Origin: an uncultured Chlamydiae bacterium
GTDB lineage: Bacteria; Chlamydiota; Chlamydiia; Chlamydiales; Parachlamydiaceae
Direction: 5' to 3'
DNA: 64,000 bases
Assembly: GCA_963754655.1 (NCBI GenBank)
Contig: CAVWGN010000001.1
Span: 1,728,001 to 1,792,000 of the forward strand
Shown here one piece after another: positions 1 to 11,492 of this stretch; position 1 is the stretch's first letter, and the number at the start of each line of letters is the position of its first letter. Under the pieces are notes generated by a model that saw nothing but the letters and a program-made list of their open reading frames with translations, was not told where the DNA came from and searched no databases. The translations under genes and the position numbers were made by a program.

Positions 1-97
1 AAATGGCTATGCTCTTGTCTATGCAGATGAAAGCCTTAAAAAAGATCAAGAGATTGTCCAGCTAGCCGTAGGTGCATTCAGAAGGATTTTTAATTGA
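1..97 (+). CDS. 3' end of a DUF4116-repeat gene (partial, runs off window start)
   Basis: From base 2 reads NGYALVYADESLKKDQEIVQLAVGAFRRIFN* (TGA 95-97), the same 25-aa repeat as the 41.5-64 kb array. Confidence 0.8.
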   Translation, partial: NGYALVYADESLKKDQEIVQLAVGAFRRIFN

Positions 98-233
98 CTA
101 AAGTTAGTAGAAAATTGCAATTATATTTTAATAAGAATCCCGATAGGTATTTTTGATCTCAAAAATCGGAAAATATCTTAAGCTTAGATAGAACAGGTTA
201 GAAATTTGGCAAGCATCATTATCAAGCAACTTT

Positions 234-893
234 CTAGAACAACTTTGTTAAAGCCAAACCTAATTTGTGATTGCTGACATGGTGTCTTAGATTAAAAAAA
301 CGATATTCCAAAGTGACCTCTAAACTCGGACAAATCAAATACTTGAGCCCTGCTATCACTTGTGCTGCAAATCCCCTTTTATTAAATTTTGATTTAATGT
401 GTTTTTCAATTAAAAAAAAATCACCTCCTACATCTACCAAAAGCGCTGACCAATGACCCCAAGCCTGAGCATATCCCAATCCTCCCCCTATAAAAGGCCT
501 CACTGGAAAGTCGCAATTAAAGTCTAGCAAAGCATTCGTCATTAAAGACCAAATCTGAATATGACCGCGGACGTGATGGAGTTGAATTGTTCCAACCTTA
601 AGTGAATTCACAGGATTTCGTTGCCAAACAAACTCTTCTTCCACTTTAAGAGGGGGAATAAAATTGCCTAGTTTAATAGAAAATTTTTTTCCTATCTTTG
701 CTCCCAAATAGTATCCAAGCTGCGTAGATAAGTTTTCACATTTTATATCATATCCCCCATTAAATCCTCCTATGCCCCCTATATAAAGTCCAGGTAAAGG
801 GTGATAGGCTAGATTTTGAAAGCAAAAAGAATAGCTGATATTTGAAAAAATATGAGAGAATAGAAAAACAAATATCGCCAAATATTTGAGCAT
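234..893 (-). CDS. Outer-membrane beta-barrel protein (OmpA-like/Opa-like transmembrane barrel)
   Basis: Signal peptide; GLYIGGIGG, PFIGGGLGY, FAAQVIAGLKY and LEYRFF strands; terminal Phe. Confidence 0.75.
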   Translation of the reverse strand: MLKYLAIFVFLFSHIFSNISYSFCFQNLAYHPLPGLYIGGIGGFNGGYDIKCENLSTQLGYYLGAKIGKKFSIKLGNFIPPLKVEEEFVWQRNPVNSLKVGTIQLHHVRGHIQIWSLMTNALLDFNCDFPVRPFIGGGLGYAQAWGHWSALLVDVGGDFFLIEKHIKSKFNKRGFAAQVIAGLKYLICPSLEVTLEYRFFNLRHHVSNHKLGLALTKLF

Positions 894-1173
894 ATATGTC
901 CTCTTAATGGATTAAATTTGCTAGCATCAAATAATTGCTAAAATTAGTCAATCATAGATGTGGTAAATTTGATAAAGATGGGCGAATGACCAAACAGAGA
1001 TTCCATCATTTTCGAAGTTTTCATGAGTCTTTGCTCTTCTGCAACCTCGAAAAAAGCCCTACCCTCTTAAAAAATAGTGGAATAATTTTTCAACGCCAGT
1101 AAAATTACTCGCACCAGCAAATTTTAAGTTGAGTAAAACATGACAACTTTTCTTTTTTTTGCTACTCTAAGTC

Positions 1174-1438
1174 TAGTACTCCATTACATGAGTTTTTGCC
1201 TATTGGGATTGCTTCAAAGCCCCGGGATTGGGATGATTCTCTTGTAGTCCTTCAGACTACATGACAAGGGCCAATCTAACCCAGGGCGATGTCCTGGGCT
1301 ATTTTATTCGAAGCCTTTCAGGCTCGGAACATTGGATATTTTTAGAAGACCTCCTTCTATAAAGATTGTAGGGCCCATGCCTATTAAATGGTACATACTC
1401 CACAATCATTAGGCTAAAATTAATGTAAACGAGTACTA
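1174..1438. mobile_element. MITE-like element A (TAGTACTC...GAGTACTA ends) containing one arm of module D
   Basis: Imperfect TIRs tagtactccattacat / atgtaaacgagtacta; interior matches 38751-38867 plus 40091-40208. Confidence 0.8.
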
Positions 1439-1489
1439 ATTGCTAAGTATTAAATATATTGAGACTGCAAATAAGCAAACAGACATGAC

Positions 1490-2779
1490 ATGACGAAGAC
1501 TTTTAATGAACTTTTTCCTCATAGAGGAGAGGAACCAATAACTCCTTCAATTTGGAAAAGAATAGTACGAGTATTATATGATGCTACCAGAGGGTTCATT
1601 GAAGATGACTGTTATTCCAAGGCATCCGCCTTAACCTTTTATACCCTTCTTTCTATCGTCCCTATTTTAGCGGTTCTTTTTGGAATTGCTAAAGGTTTTG
1701 GTTTTGAGAACGCGCTCCAATCTGAAATTGGCCAACGATTTGCGGAACAGCGGGAATTAATGGATAAACTTATTCAATTTGCTTACTCCTGGCTACATAA
1801 TGTTCAAGGAGGAGTCATAGCAGGAATTGGAACGGTGGCTTTGTTTTGGTCTGCCCTGGGATTGTTGAGTAGTATTGAAACCGCTCTTAATGCCATTTGG
1901 AAGACCCCCGTTTCTCGCTCTTATGGACGCCGCATAAGTGATTACTTAGCGACTATGGTCATTGGTCCTCTCTTTTTAGCTACTTCGAGCAGTATTACAG
2001 TTTTTTTAAGTACCCAAATTGCTCAAACTGCTCAGAGTAATGTCATTGTAGAAGCTGTCAGCCCATTTTTACTTTTTATTCTTAAACTTTTTCCTTTTTT
2101 TTTGAGCTGGGCTTTATTTACCTTTGTTTACCTTTTTATGCCTAACACAAAAGTTTACCTGCGTTCCGCGATCATTGCAGGCATCATTGGAGGAACAACG
2201 TTTCAGATTTGGCAATGGATTTATATTAAATTTCAAATTGGCGTCGCTAGCTATGGTGCCATTTATGGAAGTTTTGCCGCTCTTCCCCTCTTTCTTATCT
2301 GGCTGCAAATTAGCTGGCTGATTCTCTTAGCAGGCGCTGAATTGGCTTATGAGATTGAAAATGATCTTTTTATTCCCTATCGTCGCATGGTTCCTCTTTC
2401 AAGCAAAGCAGCAGCCTTATTGGTGACTTATCGCTGTATCGAAGCCTTTGTTTTAGGCCAGCCTCCTCAAACAGATCGATCACTAGCTCAGGAATTAGGA
2501 ATATCCCTCAATCATTTGCATAATTTATTAGAAGCCTTGCAAAAAGAGCGTGTTTTATCAGCTATTTCTTATATGGATCGAACAATCGGCTATCAACCCG
2601 CTAGAGCTATAGAATCCATTACTTTTGCTATGGTTTGTCATGCGATTGATAAAAACAATGAATTACTTGCTTCTGTTCAAGAATCTGTTCCTTTCCAGAG
2701 AATTCAAGATTATTTGCAAAAAAGCGATGAAACACTCATGATTTCCTCTCTTAATCAACCTGTTTATCTTGAGTCCTAA
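1490..2779 (+). CDS. YihY/virulence factor BrkB family membrane protein with C-terminal wHTH
   Basis: ASALTFYTLLSIVP, IETALNAIW, YGAIYGSFAALPLFLIWLQISWLILLAGAEL. Confidence 0.9.
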   Translation: MTKTFNELFPHRGEEPITPSIWKRIVRVLYDATRGFIEDDCYSKASALTFYTLLSIVPILAVLFGIAKGFGFENALQSEIGQRFAEQRELMDKLIQFAYSWLHNVQGGVIAGIGTVALFWSALGLLSSIETALNAIWKTPVSRSYGRRISDYLATMVIGPLFLATSSSITVFLSTQIAQTAQSNVIVEAVSPFLLFILKLFPFFLSWALFTFVYLFMPNTKVYLRSAIIAGIIGGTTFQIWQWIYIKFQIGVASYGAIYGSFAALPLFLIWLQISWLILLAGAELAYEIENDLFIPYRRMVPLSSKAAALLVTYRCIEAFVLGQPPQTDRSLAQELGISLNHLHNLLEALQKERVLSAISYMDRTIGYQPARAIESITFAMVCHAIDKNNELLASVQESVPFQRIQDYLQKSDETLMISSLNQPVYLES

Positions 2780-2836
2780 ATTTCTCAGGCTGTAAGAAAA
2801 TTTTACGTACCCTTTATGTTCATGTTAAGCGCTATT

Positions 2837-2879
2837 TAGGATGTGTCCGAAAATGATAGCATTTTCGAACACGTTCTTA
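2837..2879. terminator. Hairpin between convergent genes
   Basis: taggatgtgtccgaaaatg / cattttcgaacacgttctta imperfect inverted repeat. Confidence 0.45.
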
Positions 2880-2895
2880 TCTAAGAAAGCTTTCT

Positions 2896-4491
2896 TCATA
2901 GAGCAGAGAATTGACCAGAAAAGTTCTGAATAGCTTGTTGGAGATATTGATGTCCTAAGTCTAACAAAATTTCGCTTTCTTTAAGTCTCTTACTTTTGCT
3001 TTCAACCTTAAGATAAGCGGGTCTGTTTTTTCTTTTTCCTGTAATTGTCTTTCCTAAACCATTATGCCCTTTATCCCTTCCCCTTAGAATTTTAACAACC
3101 TTTTCCTGCTTATCCGTTGACATTTTAGCTTTGATGATTTCAAAATGCTTGATTTGCTTTTCAGATAAATAGCTATCAATCCAGGCCTCTATACTAGCAT
3201 AAGCGCAGATGTCATGTTTTTGATTAGGATACCAGGCTCCACTCAATAAAGTTTTCGTTCCTCCTGCTTCTTGAACTAGCACTCGATCATGTAATTGGTA
3301 AAATGCATCAATACTAGATTCCTCTAATGAAATACGCAGAATATTTGAAAAGAATGAATAGGAAAAAGCTGAAGGAGGTAAGTTTTTATAAATTAACGGA
3401 AGACTACATTCTTCTTTTTCATCTAGCTCATGATAAAACTCTACTCCATGTCCGGTATTAAAAATTTTATATTCATAAAGTTTTGGTGTGGAAATAGAAC
3501 TGTCTTGTGTACAAGTCACTTGAACAACAATACTATGTGAAATCGTTCCGAGCGGAAACATTCGAACTTCTCCTGATTTAAGGGAGGAGACACTATCCAG
3601 CATATCCCATGCCATTTCATTAATGATCACCCTTTCCGGAATAGGACTGAAAGAATGTAACTGATATTTATTAAAAAATTGAGGCAACGTCAACATAGGA
3701 TGCCGTTGTCGTCGATGAGATTCAAGATAATCTTCAAAATAGGCTGTTTCTTGAGCCTCTGCGTTCGTCCTGTCTTTAATTTGCTGAAGATTAAGAGCAA
3801 AATTGATCTTAAGGGCAAAAGGCATGGCCTCTTTAATAATAGATAATAAAGTTGATCCAATCTGTTTTTCAGATGCATCGCCTGCTTGAATAAATAAATT
3901 TAAAACCTGTTCCCAGCTGATCAAACTATAGATTTCTAAACTTCCATTACGCGATGCGATATCCACTTGTTTGAGTTTATTGCCGTCAAGGTGATTTCCC
4001 AATAAATGAAAATACTCTTTTTCAACTTGAAAAATTTGGTTAATATTTTTTAACTGTAATTGCTGCTGGATATCTTCAAAGTATTGAGCTCGCACACTTC
4101 CTTCGTTAAAAGGTAAACGTCCCTGAGCTTCTATTAAAGTTTTTAATTTCTTTACCCGGTCTTTAAGAGCAGGAAGAACGACTAATTGAACTTTTTCAAT
4201 AAACTTATCCTGCACCTCAGACTTCTCAAATATTTGCTGTCGAATTTTTTCAAGTTTGACTTGAGTGTTTTTAAAATGAACAATGCGATAAGCTGTATGC
4301 CAAGCTGCTCCCTTTGGTTGAGTTGACACTTGATCTTTGTTTAAAAGTTCAATAAGTCCTTCTAAAGCTTGGTTAAACTCTTTTTTAATATCCGTAGAAA
4401 AAGAATCCCCATATTCTAACGTAAATTTTGTTAGTTCAATTGATCGATCAATTGAATGAAAATCTGTGTGAAAATCTATAATATTCATCAT
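2896..4491 (-). CDS. Hypothetical effector-like protein with putative CE-clan-like cysteine protease motif
   Basis: 531 aa ORF; SHSIVVQV...IFNTGHG...NQKHDICAY; basic C-terminal stretch GKRKNRP. Confidence 0.6.
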   Translation of the reverse strand: MMNIIDFHTDFHSIDRSIELTKFTLEYGDSFSTDIKKEFNQALEGLIELLNKDQVSTQPKGAAWHTAYRIVHFKNTQVKLEKIRQQIFEKSEVQDKFIEKVQLVVLPALKDRVKKLKTLIEAQGRLPFNEGSVRAQYFEDIQQQLQLKNINQIFQVEKEYFHLLGNHLDGNKLKQVDIASRNGSLEIYSLISWEQVLNLFIQAGDASEKQIGSTLLSIIKEAMPFALKINFALNLQQIKDRTNAEAQETAYFEDYLESHRRQRHPMLTLPQFFNKYQLHSFSPIPERVIINEMAWDMLDSVSSLKSGEVRMFPLGTISHSIVVQVTCTQDSSISTPKLYEYKIFNTGHGVEFYHELDEKEECSLPLIYKNLPPSAFSYSFFSNILRISLEESSIDAFYQLHDRVLVQEAGGTKTLLSGAWYPNQKHDICAYASIEAWIDSYLSEKQIKHFEIIKAKMSTDKQEKVVKILRGRDKGHNGLGKTITGKRKNRPAYLKVESKSKRLKESEILLDLGHQYLQQAIQNFSGQFSAL

Positions 4492-4712
4492 TTACCATTT
4501 TAACTTGTTAATAATATTTATTAATTAAAAATCATAAACTAATTTGATTAGATTTTAGTAAATTTAATATTAAAATATGATAAAGATTCTTATTGATTTA
4601 TTTATTAAAATTAAATTTAATTGCTAAATTTAATAAAAATTATCACATTCTTTACAATTTGAATTTTCTAGATAACCTAATAAACGAATAGGGAAAGCCT
4701 TTTTTGGATAGG

Positions 4713-4763
4713 ATATTAGCCAATATGGACCACTTACGCCAATTCAACCCGGGGCCCTGGGGC
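4713..4763. repeat. Partial module C repeat followed by CCCGGG/CCCTGGG hinge
   Basis: atattagccaatatggaccacttacgccaattcaaccc matches 17551-17589. Confidence 0.65.
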
Positions 4764-5319
4764 TTTAGTAGTCCAAATAAGCAAAACTAATATAATGGAG
4801 TAGTAGACTAAACTTGAAATTTTTAATGATAGCTGCTGCACACTTCGCAAGCGTCTCACATATCATTTTGAAAAATAATAGAATTCTGGTAAAAATTTGC
4901 TCAGTTTCTCTTAAACTTTCAATCACTTGCAAAAAAAGTTGATAAATCTTGATAAGCAAATTAATCTTGCTTATCTTTTTTTCGACTTCCTGTAGTTGAT
5001 AATTTTTCTAGGTTTTACAGAGAATTCAACTTAACTACTACATGAAATTTTAATAAAACTTGATTCATAAAGCCTAAAAATTATAAAATTAAGCATTCAG
5101 TTAAAATAAAAAAAAAGAAATAGACTCATTTAAACGTTTCGCGATTTTAATCACTATTTTTGATGATTTATATATATAATTTATTATAATGGAAACTTTT
5201 TCTAAAGTTCAAAATACCCTGTTTCAATAGTTTAGCACTCAAAGACTTAAAATAATGAATTCCTACCTTGTCCAATAACAAAGCTGAGTGTTAGAATACT
5301 AGCCAAGTCATTAGAAGGA

Positions 5320-6786
5320 ATGTCGCAAAAAATTAATCAATGGCGGACTAACGCAGATTTTATGTTTAATACTTCTTCATCGAAGATTCGCAAACAGATT
5401 TGGGGACTATTGACTAACCGATGGGCTTGTGGATGCTTTGCCTTGCTGACTTTTCAGCAAGTAATTGAAGCTTCTGCAACAATTTGGCTAGTGATGATGA
5501 TGAAAAAAATTATAGTAGGAGAGCCGTTTTTTCCTTTTCTGTTTTTGTATTTAGGTTCTTTAGCCCTTCCCTATTTCCCGGGATGTATTGCGTTGATTCT
5601 CAAAATTTCTTGGAAACAAGAGTCTCAACGTTCTTTTATCAATGCCTTTGTTGCTTCAAATCGCAATCAGATTGGAGAATGGAGCAATAGAGGAATCAAA
5701 GAAGAAAAGCTATCTATTCTCACAGCTGAAGGACCTACAGCCCTTCATGCATTAATTGATTACGTTTATGACCTTTATGCATATGTCCTAAGCGTGTTTT
5801 TCAATATTTTTGCCCTTTCTATAGTTGTAGAACCTCTTTTTGGAGTGGCCTATAGTTTAAGCGTTTTAACCGTCATGTTTGTCATGAAAGTGAAAAGCCG
5901 CATTCAAAGACGGTTGACCCAAAAAGCCTTACAGCTCGTATTGATTTATATCAATCTCTTTTAGCCGCTTGGGATAATGTTTTATTAGGTAATTTTTATA
6001 ATTTTAAATTCTGGCAAGATAAAACCTCCCAACGAGTTAACCGCTGTTTGCAAAAGAATGTGGAATTAGAGCGGTTTGATCAAATTTTAGCCATCGTCAT
6101 TTCTCTTTTAACTTCTGTTCCTTCTTTATGTGTGGTCGTTTACTATGCTTATATCAATCGTTTTAGCATTCCCAATTTAACTGCTTTTCTGGTTACATTA
6201 CCTGTTTTATTTACAATTTTATCTTATACCTATCAAACATTAAGTCTTATTTTTCGCTGGGCAATGCACCGCAGCAAGCTTGTCTCCATTTATAAAGCAA
6301 TTCAACCCATTCAATATTCCCACGTGGCAATGGAGAAGAAAGTCAAATGGTCAAAAATTCAAATTGTCAACTCTCCTCTTTCAACCATAGCTCCTGATGA
6401 GCCATATTTCTTTGGCAGGTCCTCGCTCGATTTCATCCTACCAGGAATTGCTTGATTATACTACGCGTTCAGGCCGAGTCACTTTGCGTGGAGAAAATGG
6501 TGCAGGAAAATCGACTCTTCTCATGCTCATCAAAAATTCGCTTTCCGACCGTGCTTTCTTTCTACCCACTCAAAATCAGCTCAGCTTTACTTCTGAAACC
6601 AATAAATATTCCACAGGAGAATCTTTACGCAATCGCTTGCTTGAAATTTTAGAACGGGTCGATGTAGATGTTTTGCTTCTCGACGAATGGGATGCGAATT
6701 TAGATAAGGAAAACCAGGAGCGTCTTTCTTTGCTAATAGATGAACTAGCTGAAAAGAAGTGTGTCATTGAAGTCCGCCATAGATAA
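5320..6786 (+). pseudogene. ABC transporter (TM + ATPase) split by frameshifts near 5930 and 6398
   Basis: Three ORFs join into one TM domain plus Walker A GENGAGKS and Walker B LLLDE; could be sequencing indels. Confidence 0.7.
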
Positions 6787-6855
6787 GAGTTTTTTTATAA
6801 GCGTCAAAAGCATATGATAAGCCCGAATAGAATTTTGTTTAGGAATAGCTGAACT

Positions 6856-7995
6856 ATGTATAGCATTGCCTTTAAAATGCTCTTAAGGGATCGCGCCAAA
6901 TATATTATGCTCATTAGCGCCTTAACCTTTGCGGCTTTGTTAATGACTCAGCAAAGTTCTGTGTTTATGGGTCTTATGCGTTGGACGACAGCGCTTTTGC
7001 AAAATACGCAAGCCCCAATATGGGTCATGGATCCCCATGTTGAACAGGTTAATGAAGTTAAAACGTTACGCAATATTGACCTCTTGCGCGTTCGATCTAT
7101 TCCAGGTGTTGCATGGGCAGTTCCTTTTTATTCAAGCACTCAACAAGCACGTTTATTCGACGGTCAATTTAAATCTATTCAATTAATTGGATTGGATAAT
7201 TCTTCTTTAATTGGCGCTCCTCCTGTTTTACTTAAAGGACACATTCAAGATCTCTACCAAGCACATGCAATTATTTTAGATAAAGTTGGTGTAGAAAAAT
7301 TGAGCGAAGGACGAAAAAAAATGCTTGATATAGGCGATAGATTTGAAATCAATGACCATGAAGTACGCATTGTAGGAATTTGCGAAGCAGCCCGTTCTTT
7401 TTTTGGCTATCCTTTTGTGTATACGACTTATGATAGAGCCATTCAATTTGCACCAAAGACACGTAAAAATTTAGCTTTTATTCTTGTTCAACCCAAAGAA
7501 AATGTCTCTAAAGAGATTCTTGCCAAACAAATTTGGCAGAAAACGGGTTTAAAAGCTTTAACTGATGAGAATTTTTTTTGGAGTACGATTTGGTGGTTTA
7601 TTCGCAATACTGGCATTCCGATTTCATTTGGAACGACAATTTTCTTAGGGCTTATTGTAGGAATCGCTGTTGCTGGCCAAACCTTCTATTCCTTTATCTT
7701 AGAAAATTTAAGTAGTTTAGGCGCTCTTAAAGCGATGGGAGCCAGTAATTTTTTATTATGCCGTATGCTCTTATTGCAAGCTTTTATTGTCGGTTTTATT
7801 GGATATGGCATTGGTGTTGGATTAGCATCCGTATTTGGATTTGGAACATTTAAAAGTGGCTTGCCTCCTTTTTATATGTCTTATCATATTCCTCTGATCA
7901 CTTTTGGTTTTATCATTTTGATTTGCTTTGTAGCAGCGTTAATTGGCATTTGGCGCGTCAGCAAGTTAGAAGCATCAGAGGTTTTCCATGGCTAA
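6856..7995 (+). CDS. ABC transporter permease, DevC/FtsX-MacB type
   Basis: MacB-like periplasmic domain; LGALKAMGA motif; C-terminal TM helices. Confidence 0.85.
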   Translation: MYSIAFKMLLRDRAKYIMLISALTFAALLMTQQSSVFMGLMRWTTALLQNTQAPIWVMDPHVEQVNEVKTLRNIDLLRVRSIPGVAWAVPFYSSTQQARLFDGQFKSIQLIGLDNSSLIGAPPVLLKGHIQDLYQAHAIILDKVGVEKLSEGRKKMLDIGDRFEINDHEVRIVGICEAARSFFGYPFVYTTYDRAIQFAPKTRKNLAFILVQPKENVSKEILAKQIWQKTGLKALTDENFFWSTIWWFIRNTGIPISFGTTIFLGLIVGIAVAGQTFYSFILENLSSLGALKAMGASNFLLCRMLLLQAFIVGFIGYGIGVGLASVFGFGTFKSGLPPFYMSYHIPLITFGFIILICFVAALIGIWRVSKLEASEVFHG

Positions 7996-8689
7996 TAAAG
8001 GCTCCTGCTGTCAATGTCAAAGGAGTTCATAAGCAATTCCGCCAAGGAAGCAGATTGTATCGATGCTTTAAAAAATGTCTCTCTTCAGGCTTATTCTGGT
8101 GAGCTTCTGATGATTGTAGGACCTTCTGGATGTGGTAAGACCACTCTTTTAAGCATCATTGCAGGAACTTTAATTTTTGATAAAGGAGAAATTGACTTAT
8201 TTGGAATGCCTCTTCATCAATTAAGTCAAAAAGAAGTGACCCAGTTTCCGATGCCAGCATATCGGGTTTATTTTTCAACACTATCATTTAATTCGTACCT
8301 TAACTTGTCTAGAAAATGTTTCTATTCCTCTGCTTTTAAATAAGGTTAATGCATCTGAGGCGCAAGAACGAGCTATCTTAGCGTTAGAAAAAGTCGGATT
8401 GAAGGGAAGAGAAAAAGATTATCCTCGAAAACTTTCTGGGGGTCAGCAGCAAAGAGTTGCCATTGCCAGAGCTTTAGTGCATGAGCCACGCCTTATCATT
8501 TGCGATGAACCTACCGCTGCTTTAGATGCTGATAATGGGCAAAAAGTCATGAATTTAATGAGGGAAATGGTGAGCATGTCAAATCGGTGTATGCTAGTCG
8601 TGACTCATGATAATCGCATTTTTAAACATGCCGATCGTATAGTAGAAATGAATGATGGACAAGTTGTCGGTATTCAGGAAAGCCCTTAA
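7988..8689 (+). pseudogene. ABC ATP-binding protein (DevA/LolD type), frameshifted
   Basis: ATG at 7988 overlaps permease stop; GPSGCGKTT, LSGGQQQRVAIARAL and ICDEPT lie in different frames (shifts near 7998, 8057, 8248). Confidence 0.75.
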
Positions 8690-8694
8690 TAGGA

Positions 8695-9642
8695 GTGAAT
8701 AAAATTCATATGATCCTCTTTCGCAGTTTAACATTTTATCTGGCTTTAGTAGGCATCGCTCTTGCCATTGTACTCATAAAAAAATTGATGGCGCCAGAAC
8801 CGCAAGCAGGCCATTTTGAACCTGCTATTAATCCTTTTGAAAGAACAATTGCGGCATCTGGAATTATTGAAGCTATCGATAAAAATATTGAAATCGGCGT
8901 TCCTCAATCTTCCATTGTCAAAGAAGTCTATATAAAAGTAGGAGATCCAGTTCAAGCAGGGCATATTCTTTTTCGACTGGATGATCGCGAATTGCTGGCT
9001 CAACTTTTGGTGCAAAAAGCGCAGGTTGCCGTTGCGACAGCCAATCTCCTACGTCTTAAAGATCAGTTGAAAAGATTGGAATCTGTAGAGGATCCACGAG
9101 CAGTTAGCCAAGAAGAGTTAAACACTCGACGTTCAGATGTCATGATCGCAAAGGCTCAACTTGAAGCGACAGAAGCACAAGTGACACATACAATCTTAAT
9201 GCTTGAACGCCTCTCGATTTGCGCTCCTCAAAAGGGAATGATCTTACAAAGTAATATTCGCAGGGGAGAATTTGTAGAAGCTGGCAGAAACTGCGCGATG
9301 GTCTTAGGGAATTTGGAACGCTTACAAGTACGCGTAGATGTTGATGAACAAAACGCCTCTCATATTTTTCCTCATGCTGCTGCATCCGCTTTTCCGAAAA
9401 ACAACTCCTCATTAGAAATTCCTCTCCATTTTGAACGCATTGAACCCTATGTCATTCCCAAACGATCCTTAACAGCCGCAAGCGATGAGAGAGTCGATAC
9501 ACGTGTTTTACAGGTGATTTATTCTTTTGATCATCCAATTTCTTTTCCTCTCTACGTGGGCCAACAAGTAGATATTTTTATTGAAAATCCAGTACAGATA
9601 TCCCCCATTCAGGAGAAGGAGAATCCTGCTGATGCGATTTAA
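8695..9642 (+). CDS. HlyD/efflux RND periplasmic adaptor
   Basis: N-terminal TM; VKVGDPVQAGHILFRLD; coiled coil; ERVDTRVLQV. Confidence 0.85.
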   Translation: MNKIHMILFRSLTFYLALVGIALAIVLIKKLMAPEPQAGHFEPAINPFERTIAASGIIEAIDKNIEIGVPQSSIVKEVYIKVGDPVQAGHILFRLDDRELLAQLLVQKAQVAVATANLLRLKDQLKRLESVEDPRAVSQEELNTRRSDVMIAKAQLEATEAQVTHTILMLERLSICAPQKGMILQSNIRRGEFVEAGRNCAMVLGNLERLQVRVDVDEQNASHIFPHAAASAFPKNNSSLEIPLHFERIEPYVIPKRSLTAASDERVDTRVLQVIYSFDHPISFPLYVGQQVDIFIENPVQISPIQEKENPADAI

Positions 9643-11331
9643 ATTCTTCCTCAGTTTTACCGGCTATGGGCTACTTCCAACTCTTCTCATAGTTGGATGT
9701 CAATTGATTGCTCCTTATAAAGGACCGCTCACTCCTACTCCTGACCAATGGAAAAATAGCTACACCGCTCCAGATGCAGGTCAACCGACTATTCCTTCCA
9801 ACTGGAAAGACGACCTCTCAAGTCAACCTCCTTCCCCCCCCTTAAAGATCATTCGCATTTGACTGAAGAATCCCCAGCGTTAGAATCTCAGACACATATG
9901 CCGCAACTTGAAGATGTTCGTCGCGATCTACACAATTGGTGGGAAATTTTCCAAGATCCGATTTTGAATCAATTAGAAGAACAAGCGCTGGCTTCCAGTT
10001 ACACTTTATGGGCTGCTCTTGAACGCGTCATTGAAGCGAGAGATCAGGCACGTATTAATTTTGCCCCTTTACTGCCCGGCCTTAATTTTAGCCCTTCCTT
10101 TTCACGAACGGGTTCTTTATTTCAAAACCCATTTCCAGGGCTAGGATCGGGGCAAACTTCACCAACATCCCTCTGCCCCTCTTCTTTGGGAAGTTTGGCT
10201 CAAGAAGCTCAGGCAGCGGTGGCAAACGGTGCAACCTCCCCTCTTGCAAATATTCCCAGCGATTTTCGTTTTGTCCAAACCCAATATCTTGTGCCTCTTC
10301 ATTTAAATTATGAAGTGGATTTATGGAGTCGATTAAATAATGCTTATTTAGCTTCCCTAATTCAAGCTCAAGCTGCTTCACAGGCGTATTTAAGTGTTCT
10401 TTTATCGCTTACTGCCGATGTTGCTACAGCTTACTTACAAATTCGCGGTCTTGATGCTCAACAAGAGATTCTTCAAGGAAATATTCGTATTAGACAACAT
10501 GCTGTTGATCTTAACAGAGCACGTTATCAAGCTGGTTTAATTGTTTATCTCGATGTTTCTAGGGCCGAAGTTGAACTTGCCCGTGCTCATTCAGATAGCG
10601 ATGATGTTCGGCGATCAAGAGGACTTCAAGAAAACTTGTTAGCCACCTTAGTAGGAGTTCCGGCATCAGTTTTTTCAATTGCTTATCATCCTGTAAGTAT
10701 TCCGCCCCCTGTCATTCCAAGGGGATTGCCATCCGAGCTTCTTTGTCGACGCCCCGACATTGCAGAAGCTGAACGCAATCTAGCTGCTGCCTATTATCAG
10801 ATCGGCGTTGCATATGCCAATTTTTTTCCTTCTTTAAATTTGAATGCCTCTTTTGGATTTGAAAGTCCATTTGCCCACCAGCTTTTTAGTTGGAGCTCTC
10901 GTTTTTGGCAAGTGGGCTGGAATATCATGCAAACGGTTTTTGATGCTGGGCGCAATGAAGCTAACCTTGATTACTATAAAGCACGCTTTCGTGAAACCAT
11001 GGCTAATTATCAAGAACAAGTGCTACAAGCCTTTAAAGATGTAGAAGATGCTCTTGTTAATTTACATGGATATGCCGATCAAGCGCAAGATCTTGCCGTT
11101 GCTGTAAGAGCTGCGCGCTTAACTTTGGAGTTAGCTCAAATGCGCTATAATCGAGGGCTGACCAATTACTTAGACGTCGTAGATGCTGAGCGGCAGCTTC
11201 TTGAAACAGAACAGAGTTCAGTTATAGTGCTAGGCAATCGCTATGTTTCCACTGTCATGCTCATTCGTGCTTTAGGAGGCGGATGGGGTCCATGCGGCAA
11301 TTGTGAAACAGATAATAAAGAAAAGGAGTAA
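9632..11331 (+). CDS. NodT/OprM-family outer-membrane efflux lipoprotein, frameshifted at a C8 tract (9834-9841)
   Basis: Lipobox LIVGC in the first frame; WWEIFQDPILNQL, YEVDLW, LPSELLCRRPDIAEAE and LIRALGGGW in the second; C9 would fuse them. Confidence 0.8.
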
Positions 11332-11432
11332 TCAGCTACAAGTTTTTGTCTATTAGAATGTTTTTAAACTCTTCACTTAACGCATAGGGATTTAAAAACA
11401 TCCCAATAGACAAAAAACAATGTAACTGACTA
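11329..11432. repeat. Short inverted-repeat element between convergent genes (probable bidirectional terminator, A-related)
   Basis: tttttgtctattagaatgtttttaaa / tttaaaaacatcccaatagacaaaaa. Confidence 0.55.
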
Positions 11433-11492
11433 ATAGCCATAATGATGCCAAATATTTTGACTATCGAAACAAATATTATTGCAAACTGTTCA

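Noticed and set aside
4765..4959. 64-aa ORF
   Set aside because: TTG start, AT-rich intergenic composition, no recognisable motif.
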